A model generated the notes under the pieces. The model saw only the letters and a program-made list of their open reading frames with translations, ran no database searches and was not told the origin of the DNA. A stretch of 64,000 nt of DNA from the human T2T-CHM13v2.0 reference genome, Homo sapiens, in the NCBI RefSeq assembly GCF_009914755.1, contig NC_060936.1; one strand, 5' to 3'. Every line of letters starts with the position of its first letter. The first letter of the stretch is position 1. A program made the position numbers and the translations under genes. Positions 1-44,608 of the stretch are shown here, piece by piece.

Positions 1-225
1 CTCCTTGCACACCCCTCACGCCTGTCTGTGAGGTGCCAGGGCCCCTCTCCCAGCCAACCACAGGCCAGTATTGCCCCTCCCCAAACTTCCCTTCAGGCAG
101 ATCAAACCCAGGGCTCTGGAGTCACACTGCCTGGGCTCAAATCCTGCTTCTGAATCTTATGAGATGTCAAGTCACTTACCTAACTCCTTGGTGAAACAGG
201 CTCTCCTCTGTCAAATAGGTGTGCA

Positions 226-505
226 TGCTTTGGGAGGCCAAGGCAGGAGGATTGCTTGAGCCCAGGAGTTCAAGACCAGCCTGGGTAACGTAGTGAGACC
301 CTGTCTCTATAAAAATAAAAAAATTAGCCAGGTGTGGTGGCTCATGCCTGTAGTCCCAGCTACTCAGGAGGCTGAGGAGGAAGAATTCCTTGAGCCCACG
401 AAGTCAAGGCTGCAGTGAGCCATGATCAAGCTGCTGCACTCCAGCCTGGGCAACAGAATGCGACCCTGTCTCAGAAATAAGTAAATAAATAAATACATAA
501 ATAAA
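226..505 (+). mobile_element. Alu (AluJ-like, 5' truncated) with (AAAT)n tail, inserted in a MIR
   Basis: GCTTTGGGAGGCCAAGGCAGG...CCAGCCTGGGCAACAG; A-rich linker and tail. Confidence 0.9.
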
Positions 506-863
506 TTTGGGTGCAATTGTGGCTCTTAGTGTTACAGAGAGGACTGAAGGAGCTAATGGATGATGGATTTATGCCAGTACCTCACATATAGCTTATCCTA
601 AAGGAAGTTAGAGCTTATTATGATGATTATTCAAAAATATTTATCAAAGGTCTGCCCTGGGCCATGTTCTGAGCTAAGTGCTGGGGATGCAAAGATGAGC
701 AAGAGACTCCTCAGGGACAATTGTCTGATGAGATAACAGGCACTATTTATGAGAGGTCCAATCAATACAGTTCTATTTATCTTATAATTATCCAATAAAT
801 GATCTAATAATTTATTAGAGGGCCAATAAATCTGATGGCAGGAGCCTGTGGGGAGTAATGGCC

Positions 864-976
864 AGGTCTCACTATTGTGCCCAGGCTGGTCTTGAACTCC
901 TGGCCTCAAGCATTCCTTCTGCCTCCACCTCCCAGCATGCTGCAATTACAGAGGCATGAACAACTGCACCTGGCCT
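864..976 (-). mobile_element. Alu left monomer/FLAM fragment
   Basis: CCCAGGCTGGTCTTGAACTCCTGGCCTCAAG...CACCTGGCC. Confidence 0.8.
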
Positions 977-1044
977 AAAATTTTATGTTAATAAAAAAAT
1001 GCATGTATTTGAGGAGTACGACATGATGCTTGAATATCATACTG

Positions 1045-2036
1045 TATCGGGGGAAACCAGCCCCCGATATTTCAATGTAGGTTCTTTTCTATTTTCCCCA
1101 AGTGTCGGCTGGTCTGAGAAATAAAGGGAAAGAGTACAAAAGAGATAAATTTTAAAGCTGGGTGTCCAGGGCAGACATCACATGTCGGCAGGTTCTGTGG
1201 TGCCCCCTGAGCCGTAAAACCAGCAAGTTTTTATTAGCAATCTTCAAAGGGGAGGAAGTGTACAAATAGGGTGTGGGTCACAGAGAACACATGATTCAAG
1301 GGCGACAAAAGATCACAAGGCAGAAGGTCAGGGTGAGATCACAAGGTCAGGGCGAAACTAGAATTACTAAGGAAGTTTCATGTTCCGCTGTGCACGCATT
1401 GTCATTGATAAACATCTTAACAGTGTTCAAGAGCAGAGAACCAGTCTGACTAGAATTCGCCAGGCTGGAATTTCCTAATCCTAGCAAGCCTGGGGGTGCT
1501 GCAGGAGACCAGGGCATGTTTCATCCCTTATCTGCAACTGGATAAGGCAGACACCCCCAGAGCGGCCATTTTAGAGGCCCCCCGGGAATGCATACTTTTC
1601 CCAGGGCTGTTAATTATTAATATTCCTTACTGGGGAAAGAATTCAGGGATATTTCTCTTACCCATTTTTGGTAATAAGAGAAATATGGCTCTGTCTTGCC
1701 TGGCTCCCAGGCAGTCAGACCTAATGGTTATCTCCCTTGTTCCCTGAACATCGCTGTTATCCTGTTCTTCTTTCAAGGTGCCCAGATTTCATATTGTTCA
1801 AACACACATGCTTTACGAACAATTTGTGCAGTTAACGCAATCATCACAGGGTCCTGAGGCAACATACATCCTCAGCTTATGAAGATGACAGGATTAAGAG
1901 ATTAAAGACAGACATAGGAAATTATGAGAGTATTGATTGAGGAAGTGGTAAATGTCCATGAAATCTTCACAATTTATGTTCTTCTGTCATGGCTTCAGTA
2001 GGTCCCTCCGTTCGGGGTCCCTGACTTCCCGCAACA
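1045..2036 (-). mobile_element. MER11 solo LTR (HERV-K HML-8)
   Basis: Minus strand starts TGTTGCGGGAAGTCAGGGACCCCGAACGGAGGGACC (MER11 5' end) and ends CCCCCGATA; about 1 kb; partial TSD ACTG on both sides. Confidence 0.85.
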
Positions 2037-3085
2037 TCACTGTGTACCTGAAATTAGCATTGATTCTAATTCTCTGGTCACACTTCATTCAGAGCATAGG
2101 ATCTTCGTGGATTTAAGAAGTGCCTCCCTCCCTATTCTCAGCCATGTGACTCCCAGAATCCTATGAAATTAAAGATCTTGTGTTTGGCCATAGGAGACTT
2201 CTATTCACCATCTTTGTTCTCTCCCACAAATGGCGAGGCCTCCAGTCTCCCACATGACAGCTTTGTACTAAAATCAACCTTACTCTATAGAACATGCATG
2301 ATTGCAGCAGGACTACTATGATCTTGGTTTGATGTATTAGTTAGGATAACATTAGCTGCTGTAACAAACAGACCCCCAAGCTGCAGCATGACTCAGATGC
2401 AATATAAGTGTCTTTTTCACTTATATCAAGCAAGAATGACCAGATTTTCTGATTTTTTTTTCTGCTGTGCTAATGTAGGGAGAAGTTGTTGGAGGTCACG
2501 TCACAGTTCACAGCAACCATCTATGTTTGGGAGCAAGGATGCTGGAAACAGAATCCAGCATACTTGTATCTTGTCCATAATTACAGACACCTTTGCATTT
2601 ACTGAACTGAATCCTATGACTTGAAGACCAAAGACTGTAGCATGCCTGAAGGGACAGCCTCAGAACTGTGGATGCCTGTCCCTCCCCTGGTTTGGGTTTG
2701 TGCTGACCATAGGCAAACCCACTGAACTCAGGATCACTGCATAAAGTGACGTATTAAGCCTAGTGCCAGGATCTTTAGTGTTTGCAGGAAGGTCTCATGA
2801 TTTTTCTGCTAACTCAGCTAATAGGTAGTCCTCTGTCCCTTCAAGTTACAAACACATCCTTCATTCAGGAATTTGAATGTTCAGTCCTTGATATTTTATC
2901 AACCCTTCATTCTGTGGTCAAAGGGCAGACTTCTCTCCCAGTTAAGACTGGAAGTTAGCAGCCTGCCTCCAGGGATGGGGTTGTGGTTGCCTTCTGCTCT
3001 CTCTGTTCCTCTGGGAAGCAGCAGAATCATTCCATGGGAGGACTAGAGCAGTTCTTTCTTGAGAGAAGAGATTTACTCCTTCCAA

Positions 3086-3551
3086 GTGTATTGGTTAGTG
3101 ATTGCTACATAACAAACTACCCCAAAACTCTCAGTAGCTTAAAACAACTGTGAAGTGATTGATGCTCATGTGAGCATGGGTTGGTTGATCCAGGCTGGGC
3201 TCAGCTGGGCACCTCTGTATATGCTGTGGGTTCTCCTGAGCTCAACTCCTTCCTGCCAGTTGCATTTAAGGCTGTTCTGTGCGTGTCTTCTGGAGCCCAG
3301 GCTGAATGGGCTTTGGAGATGGCAGAAGCACAAGCGAGTAAACAGAGACACATGAAGCCATTTAAGGCCTCAGCCCAGCACTGACGTGCCGTCACTTCTC
3401 ACATTCCACTGGCCATGCAAGTCACATGGCTGAGCAAACTCAAGGACTTGGGAAGTAACCATCGTCTTTAGTGGGAGGAACTACAACATCCCATGGCAAA
3501 GCATGGATCCAGGAAGCAGTGAAATGGGGGCCAGTGACTCAGTTTACCACA
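3086..3551. mobile_element. Old MaLR LTR (MLT1-type)
   Basis: TGTATTGGTTAG...CATAACAAACTACCCCAAAAC...AGCTTAAAACAAC terminus, ends TACCACA; a similar fragment lies at about 2333-2600. Confidence 0.6.
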
Positions 3552-4615
3552 CTGAGGTCTGGCAGATGGCTAAAAGTGGCGCTTTCTCTTGAGGATTGGG
3601 GGAGAGGGTGTGTTTATGGATTCTACAGCAATCCCAGGCCTGGGAACCTCTGTAAGTCCCTTTCCCAGGGCCTCTACATCTCTCCTCTACATGGTCCCGT
3701 CTAACTCCTGCCTCATCTAGATTTCTGTACCACACCCAGCTTCTTGTGAGCATCTCTTTGCTGCCAGAGGGCCCTGTGAGGCAAGCCCCCAAGATGACCC
3801 CATGCCAGAATTGTCACCCATGTGATTCACATCTGGACCAGAGGAAATGCCTCCCAAATGAAGCCCATCCTGCCCCCATCAGGCAACTACAGGCCACTTC
3901 AGCTTTCTTGGGTGTAAGGCAGACCTCAGAATCTCTGTGTCTCCCAGCTAGATGGAAAGCTTTCCAAGGGGTCCTTGGGAAGCCAGCTGGATTGAGGCAA
4001 GGAATATCACACCCCCATCCATCTCCCAAAGGGAAGCAACACATCACCTGACAACAGTTCTCTCCAGGGCAATCTCTTTGCCAAACATTGCTCCTCTCCA
4101 CACTCCAACCCCTTTATGTATTCTTAACATGACTGAGGAGCCCCTTTATAAATTCTGCATTTGGGAGTTTGTTGCATATTCTGTTTGGTTTCTGGAGTTA
4201 CCTACATAAGAGCTTCAGGCAATGGGATTTTATTTATCAAACCATTACCAGATGTCAGGTGCTGTCCCAAACACTTTGTAAATGTTAACCCATTTAATCC
4301 TCACATAAATCCTATGAGGTAGGTGCTATTAACATCTTTATTTTAGAGATAGGGAAGCTGAGGCACAGAGAGGTTAAGTAATTAGCCCAAAGTCACACAG
4401 AAGGCAACTGTCTTCTCACCCAGGCAAGAAGAGTCCTTTTTTATGATAATAAGGTGGAAGAAGGCAAGGGGGAGATGAGCAAGAAGATGATAATGATGAT
4501 GGTGGCCTTCCCTGAGTTACTGTGCTTAGCACTTAGTGTGCGTGGCCTTGCCTTGCCTGTCCTTTGAGACAGGTATGTCAGACTCTCCCCATTTCGCAGA
4601 TGAATAAACTGAGGC

Positions 4616-5043
4616 TGATATAGTTTGAATGTATGTCTCCACCCAAATCTCATGTTGAAATGTAATCCCCAGTGTTGGAGGTGGGGCCTGTTGGGAGGTG
4701 ATTGGATCATGGGGGTGGATTTCTCATGGGTAGTTTAACACCATCGCCTTGGTGCTATCCTTATGATAGTGAGTACGTTCTCATGAGACCTGGTTGTTTA
4801 AAACTGGGTGGCACCTCCTCCCCACTTTCTCTCACTCCTGCTTTCGCCACATGATATGCCTGCTCCCCCTTTGCCTTCTGCTATGATTGTAAGCCTCCTG
4901 AGGCCTCCCCAAAAGCCAAGCAGACGTCAGTACCATACTTCCTGTAAAGCCTGCAGAACCGTGAGCCGATTAAACCTCTTTTTCTTTATAAATTACCCAG
5001 TCTCAGGTATCCCTTAATAGCAATGCAAGAATGGCCTGATACA
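4616..5043 (+). mobile_element. MST-family MaLR solo LTR inserted in a MIR
   Basis: TGATATAGTTTGAATG...CCAAATCTCATGTTGAAATGTAATCCCC...GGCCTGATACA; perfect 5-bp TSD GAGGC (4611-4615 and 5044-5048). Confidence 0.9.
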
Positions 5044-6564
5044 GAGGCTTTGAGAGGTCAAGTGACCTGCCCAAGGGCACACCACTGATAAAGGACAGAT
5101 GTGGGATTTGAACCCACCTTTGTTAGGCCCAAGTGCAAGGCCCCTTCTCCTCATGCTCACTGCCCACTGCGGAGCTGGGCACTTGGGACACACCCTAGGG
5201 AGCTGTGCTCTGCTGGGGCCTTCCTCATGCCCCAAGTCCCTGCCTGCCCAAGGCCGGTGCTCTGAGTCTCCTACAGCCCCCTCCTCAGCCTCACTGGCCT
5301 CAGTCATCTTGGTTCAGGGAAGGACTAAGGTCCCCTTTGGTCCCTGCCAATCTGCACCCCACCCCAGTGTGACCCTCAAGAGCCTGGCTCTGGCCTTTTA
5401 CAGAATAAATCTGAACAAAATCAGGGTTCATTTTAATAGCAACAGGCTGCTGATGCAGACCTTATCAACTCCATCAAACTGTGTTCCTTCAAATGTTACG
5501 CTCCCCTGGGGGTGTCCCACACCCTGACGTCACACATTCACTCAGTGAAGCCCATATTCATTCGGGGAGCTCTTTCTTTCTCTCTTCTCTAACACACACT
5601 CTCCTTGGTTAGCTGGCTGCTGATCAACATTTCTGGATATACTGGTTTTCAGGAAAATATGATGGTTGGCTTCCAATCCCAGATTTTTCACTGATGGGTT
5701 CCATATTTACACCATCTTGGCCACAGTCTCTGGGTCACCATTTCCACACATACCCACACACCATAAAGAGAGGCTTTTTCTGAGTCTTCTGTTCATGCAG
5801 TCTGGAATTGTATTTGCTTTTGTTTTGGGGCATCCTGGGCAGCTCATTCCACTAATAGGCATAACCATAACCATTGCAGTCTCCACTTACTGACATTTAC
5901 AACTTTCCAGGCACATGCTAGGGACCTTACATTCATTATTTCATTTTATTCTCACATCACAACCTTGTGAGGTGGAGGAGCATGATGGAAGGAGGAAGGA
6001 GCTAAAAGCAAAGAATCTGGAGTCCGACTGCCTGGGTTCAAATCCTAGCTCTACCAATGTCCAGCTCTGTAACATCGAGCTAATTTCCTAACCTCTCTAT
6101 GCCATTTCCCTATCTCTAAAAGGAAGCTGACAATAGCATCTATCTCATAGGATTTGTACGAAGATTAAATGAGTCAATATTTATAAAGTGTTCGGAATGA
6201 TACCTGACATCTGGTAATGGTTTGATAAATAAAATCCATTTTAATGATGAGGAAACAGGCTCAGAAGAGGGCGCTCATTTGCTCATGTGGTACAGATAGG
6301 TTCCAGACTCAAACTCAAGACCATCTGACTCTAAAACATCTAAAACTGTTGCCCCGCATTCTCTTCATTTGACAGATAATAAAACTGAGGCTCAGAGAAG
6401 CTAAGTGACTCGCCTGGGACTGCACAGCAAATCAAGACAAATAAGACCTAGGGTCTCCTGACTGCCAGAGTGGAGATGCTTCTATAGGCTTTTCTCACTG
6501 ATGCTCTCTGGGCAGACAGGCTCCTTAATATGAGAGTGACACACACTCCTTTCTTCATTTTCAG

Positions 6565-6675
6565 GTAAACCTCACACTGGTTGGCAGAAGGAACTATCCA
6601 ATAATTAGTGAACATGCGGTGAATTTGCAACAGACAAGACGAGCCTCATTATCCTATAGTTTCCAGGTTGCTTAG
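6565..6675 (+). CDS. OAS1: OAS1 distal alternative last exon (p44-type C-terminus VNLTLVGRRNYPIISEHAVNLQQTRRASLSYSFQVA*)
   Basis: Strong acceptor CTCCTTTCTTCATTTTCAG at 6564; 36 codons then TAG; AATAAA at 6710 and 6874; peptide matches my recollection of the OAS1 p44 tail; upstream OAS1 exons lie outside the window. Confidence 0.8.
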   Translation, partial: VNLTLVGRRNYPIISEHAVNLQQTRRASLSYSFQVA

Positions 6676-6709
6676 GGAGGCAGAAATCACAGCAAGGAAA
6701 ACCTTCAAT

Positions 6710-6715
6710 AATAAA
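6710..6715 (+). terminator. OAS1: Poly(A) signal for the OAS1 distal exon (second AATAAA at 6874-6879)
   Basis: AATAAA 35 nt after the stop codon. Confidence 0.55.
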
Positions 6716-6995
6716 CAGACGTCTCATAAAATTAATTGCAACCCAACCTCTCTCTCTACTTAAAATTAGCATCTATTTCCAGCTCTGCTTTCAATGCCCC
6801 ATATGAATACATGTGAACTCCCTCCCTCTCTTCCTCCCTGTCTCCTTCTCTCTCTCTCTGTCCCTCATTAAAAAATAAAATTTAAGAAAAAAATACAAGG
6901 TAGATTTACACAAATAGTGGGATCTCAGTCTTGAGTTAGCTGTGTATGACTGAAAAGGATGCTGTGGTTAATAATTATCATAAAAACAATGACAT

Positions 6996-7307
6996 GGCCG
7001 GGCACAGTGGCTCACGCCTGTAATCCCAGAACTTTGGGAGGCCGAGGCAGGCAGATCACTTGAGGCCAGGAGTTTGAGACCAGCCTGGCCAACATGGTGA
7101 AACTGCATCTCTACTAAAAATACAAAAATTAGCCGGGCATCAATGGCCAGCCCCTGTAATCCCAGCTAATCAGGAGTCTGAGGCAGGCGAATCACTTGAA
7201 CCTGGGGGCTGGTGGTTGCAGTGAGCCGAGCTCACACCACTGCACTCCAGCCTGGGCGACAGAGTGAGACTACATCTCAAAAAAACAAAAACAAACAAGC
7301 AAAAAAA
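6996..7307 (+). mobile_element. AluS
   Basis: GGCCGGGCACAGTGGCTCACGCCTGTAATCCC, dimeric, A-rich tail. Confidence 0.95.
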
Positions 7308-8019
7308 CCCCCACAGTAACACAAAAGTAATAAAACTGCTGCTATTTACTCAGTGCTTATCTGATGCCAGCCACTTTGCTAAGCCTATGAATGCATTATT
7401 TCCCCGTTGCTACAGATGAGAGAATTGAGGTTCAGACAGGTTGAAATCATTGCTCCCAAAGTCACACAACTGGTGAGTGGCAGAGCTGGGATGCAAACCC
7501 TAAACTGCCAGCCCTCAAAGCCTGTGCTCTTAATCTCCACCCTGCTGTGCTTCCTTGTCCATTTAATTAAGCTCCACAGGCACACATTCCACGCCCTCCT
7601 TTGCTGTACAATCCCAGGCAAGTCGCTCAGCTTCTCTGAGCCTCAGTTTCATAATCTGTCAAATGGAGGTAACACAAATAATTCCTAGTTGTGACCAAGA
7701 ATCATCATAGAAATCTGCCATTTCCAGCCTATTGTGCAATTCCTCAAGCACTGTGACTCCAAGTGGCATCAGCTCCTGGAAGAACACACTGTCTTACTGT
7801 TGTTTCCTCCTTTGTCAACTGATCCCCCCTTGAACCTCACTCTACCCCTGCTCTCAATGCCCCATCTACTGCCACCTGATTAAATAAAATCTTTTTTGAA
7901 AATCATAAGTGTCATGAGTAAGGTTTCTTGGTGTTGATGTAGAAGAACAAAACAGAATTGTGAAATGAGAATCACTGCAGCTATCATGAAGTCCCGCCTA
8001 CGTGCCCAGCAGTTGCTAG

Positions 8020-8640
<621 letters not shown>

Positions 8641-8775
8641 TTTCTTCCAACATTTCATTAAGAAAAATTTCCAAGCAAACAGCCACATTGAAAGAATTTT
8701 GCAGTGAACACTCATATACTCACCACATAGATTTTACAATTAACGTTTTATTGCACTTGCTTGATTGCATATCTA

Positions 8776-9369
<594 letters not shown>

Positions 9370-9744
9370 TCACCTTTTATATGTAGGCAATAAGCAATAG
9401 TTTTCCAAGGAGAACAGCAGATGATTTGCTACCGTATCAACCAAGAATATATTTGACCGTAGTAAGTAACAGAATGTGTAACAGACATTCTGAGTCATTT
9501 TGTTACACCCACAACTGTGGGTGACCTGTCCAGATATGCCTTCTAATTCCAAGCACCCCAAGAAAACCCCTGTGCTTAAGATTTTATCTAGCCATGAATC
9601 CAACATTTTCTATTTGCTTATTAATTTTTTGTCCATCTTCTCTCGTTCGAATATAAATTCCATGAGAGCAGAGGCCTTTTCACTTATTCACCACACATGT
9701 TCTGTGCTACACCAGTGGCTACCATAAAGAAAACACTGAATAAA

Positions 9745-10059
9745 TATTTATTTATTTATTTATTTATTTTATTTTTGAGCCAGAGTTTCACTCTTGTCAT
9801 CCAGGCTAGAGTGCAATGGTATGATCTTGGCTCACTGCAACCATTGCCTCCTGGGTTCAAGTGATTCTCCTGACTCAGACTCCTGAGTACCTGGGATTAC
9901 AGGTGCCTGCCACCATACTCAGCTAATTTTTGTATGTTTAGTAGAGACGGGGTTTCACCATGTTGGCCAGGCCAGTCTCGAACTCCTGACCTCAGGTCAT
10001 CCACCTGCTTTGGCCTCCCAAAGTGCTGGGATTACAGGCGTGAGCCACCGCACCTGGCC
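9745..10059 (-). mobile_element. AluS with (TTTA)n tail
   Basis: Reverse Alu ending GAGCCACCGCACCTGGCC. Confidence 0.95.
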
Positions 10060-10429
10060 TTAATAAATATTTATAAGAATAAGGAAAGGATCTGTTTTCC
10101 ACATCTCATAAGTTGTCTTTTATACCTTTCTTTTCTATGTTCTGCTTTCCTGTAATCTCGAGTAATTTCCTCCATTCCATCTTCCAGTTTACTGATTTTA
10201 TCTTCAGGTATATTTATTCAGCCTATCTATGGAGAAGGTTCGGTTTTTCTGTTCATCTTTGGTTTTATTTTGCATTATGTTTTCACTTCCAATGTGATAG
10301 TGGTGATTGTTGACTTTCATCACTGTTCTTATTTCATGGATATGATGAATAATCATGAATACAATGAATAATTATAATGGATATAATATCTAATCCCTCT
10401 GAGGATGTTAATTATATATTTCTAAGACC

Positions 10430-10813
10430 GTGTTAGTCCAATTTGTACTTCTAAAACAGAAAGCCACAGACTGGGAAATTAGTAAAGAACAGAAATTTAC
10501 TTATCACAGTTCTGGAGGCTGAGAAGTGCAAGACCAAGGCTTCAGCAGGTTAGGACCTGGTCTCTATGCTTCCAAGATGGCGCCTTGAAGAATGTTGTGT
10601 CTTTTGGAGGGGAGGAACACTATGTCCTCACATGGCAGAAAAGCAGAAGACAATGAGCCCATTCCTCCAAGCTCTTTTCACAGTGGCCATAATCCACTCA
10701 CGTGGGCAGAGCCCTCATGACACAAACACCTCCTGTTAGACCCCACTTCCCAACTGCTGCATTGGGGAGTAAGTTTCCAACACATGAATTCTGGGGGACA
10801 AATTTAGACCACA
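10430..10813 (-). mobile_element. MaLR LTR (MLT1A/MSTD-like)
   Basis: TGTTAGTCC...CACAGTTCTGGAGGCTGAGAAG...TTCCAAGATGGCGCC...TTTCCAACACATGAATT. Confidence 0.7.
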
Positions 10814-12912
10814 GAAGACTCTTTCTCCTTTATTGATTATTTCAGTGTCCTTACATGTGACTTTTTATGTTCATAGCATTGGATCTCCCAAAATAATTTG
10901 GCACCTTTGGATGTGTGCTTTTTGCTCACTGGGGATGTTCTGCTTGTCTCCCTGTGAAGTTGGTACCTTCTTACTGCAGCTGGAGGCAGAGATGAGGAAA
11001 GGGGATGTGCCAGGAATGAGTCTTCTGCATACAGGACTTCCTGTTCTTTCCAGATGTGGCCAGGTATGCTGTGTACTTCCCTGCCTCTCTGCCCCACCCT
11101 CACTGCTCCCTCCTTAGGCAGGCACCTCTGCTGCCTGTTACTCAACACAGAAAGGTTGGGGCGGGAGACCACATGTCTTTAGAGGCTGCCATTACTATGC
11201 CAGCACAACTGACAACCATGAGAGTTAACCTAGGGTCCCTTCTTTTCCTTCAATCCACTGCCTGGAGCCTGCAGCTCCTCAGAGCCTTTCCACTCTGCAT
11301 AGGTACCCCCTCCTTTATGTGTTTTGGCTGCAATTTCCTCCTTCATCCAGTCTCATATCTCTGACAGGGATCTCAGATTCCAGTTTACCTGGGACACCTC
11401 TGGTTAGGACCCAGCAACATTATTAAAGTTTTTCTATCGCTTTCCTGCCACCTCTAGAGGCCTGGGATGGACGTTGAAGGCTTATGCATATGTTCAGTCC
11501 ACCATCATGACCCAATATTGACCCTTCTGCGTTCCATCTTCTAAAAATGCCTCAAATGTCCCGCCCCCTTGACTCCACTTTTTCTCAGTTTTCAACCCTG
11601 TTGATTTCCATTATGCTTTTAATATATCTTTGCTGCTATTTTAATAGAATTTTGAGCATGTGTTCAATCCACTATCTTGAATGGAAAGTTTCTAAAGTGG
11701 CCTGTGACTCAGGAAGAAGACTGTGATTAATGGGCGAGAATGAAAATCATTGCTCAATCCCTTGACTTAAATCCCCACCACAACACCTGACCTACAAAAC
11801 CTGCCCATACTTGAATATTCCAAGTGATGCAGCATTCACTACTCAAAATATTAGCTGGTGTACATATTACAGACCCAGCCTCTCTCCCTCTAGTTGACCA
11901 TGACCTCTGAAATTCACACTCTGATCCTATCTATTTCCTTTCAGTTACCGTGCAGATGTCAGGAAGCACTTGTTAAGACTATTACCTGAAGTGTACTCAG
12001 AGGCAGAGTAAATGCTGGGTCCCGGAGCAGACAGGAGAGAGGACCTGGGAGTTTTTTAGTAAGATGGGGAGGAGGAGATAGGCTATGGCTTGGACCAGGC
12101 CTGGAAGAGAGCTCAGGTGTGCAGTCTCTAGGAACCCGGGTGGAGAAGCAGCAGGAAATAAGCAGAAAAAGGAGACAGGCCATGAAGATAGAAGCGCAAT
12201 GGTCCTGGATTCAAATCTCCACTCTGCAGCTTATAGCTTACAGTCCGCTTAGCTTTGTGCCCATTCCAAGAGGATTTCCCTATTGTAGCTTTACAATGTT
12301 TTAATATGTAGTATTGTTGTGCAAGGTACCATCCTAAACTGACTGACTTTCCTTCCTCCTTCTCCTCCAAAATAATTTTTAATTCTTGCAGACAGACTTT
12401 AGATCGTGTGTTTGAAGTTTTTAAAGATGGAATTTTTATTGGAACTGCATTACACGTATAAATTATTTAGGAAGAGTTGGCTTCTGAAGAGGGCAGCTCT
12501 GTGGGCTTGGGCTGGGTTTGAATCCAGCCAGACAACTTTCCAGCTGTGTTACCTTGGACAGTTACCTAGTTCCTCTGTACCTTGACTTCCTCATCTGTCA
12601 AATGGGTGATGATAATAGCACCTACACCATGGTCGTTGGGAGGAGTCAGTGAGAGTCTCCAAGTGTGCTTTATTATCGTTGGTGGTGGTAGTGGTGTTTA
12701 GAACGCATCCCTCAGTCAGACAGCGAGGTAGGACTTCTCCGTTTATTAAATCCTGACCTTTTTTTTCCATGTAAAACCTGCACGTTTCTGAAATGCTCAG
12801 AGTACGTTACTCAGTATGTACCCATACGTTCTGTGGGTATACTTTGTTAGGTTGTGATTAGTTCGTTGGAGCTGGTGGTTGCAGGGACGGCTGGAAGCAA
12901 GGAGATGAAGGA

Positions 12913-13002
12913 GAGGAAGTCGTAGCTGGGAAGGGGACCAGGAAGTGGGTGTCAGGTCCAAGAGCTGCTAGAAAGAAACGAAACTGAAAGCAGGGAATTT
13001 CC
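12913..13002 (+). promoter_or_regulatory. OAS3: OAS3 upstream module: ETS sites, extended ISRE, NF-kB site
   Basis: GAGGAAGT 12913 and CAGGAAGTG 12939; GAAAGAAACGAAACTGAAAG 12971-12990; GGGAATTTCC 12993-13002 (matches GGGRNNYYCC). Confidence 0.85.
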
Positions 13003-13179
13003 CAAGTTTGGGGAAGACAGGAACTGCAGCGCCCCTCCCCGTTTCACGCCACGCGCGGGACCGAGGACCTAGGACCTGGCCAGCTGGGCGTGGTTCGGAG
13101 AGCCGGGCGGGAAAACGAAACCAGAAATCCGAAGGCCGCGCCAGAGCCCTGCTTCCCCTTGCATCTGCGCCGGGAGGCC

Positions 13180-44608
<31,429 letters not shown>

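Noticed and set aside
5525-5532. Perfect CRE palindrome TGACGTCA
   Set aside because: A single 8-mer with no promoter context; close to chance expectation in 64 kb
13090-13179. N-terminal extensions of OAS3 (from 13090) and OAS2 (from 53116) in the ORF track
   Set aside because: Both start at GTG codons in promoter or TSS-proximal sequence; the downstream ATGs have good Kozak context and give the known N-termini
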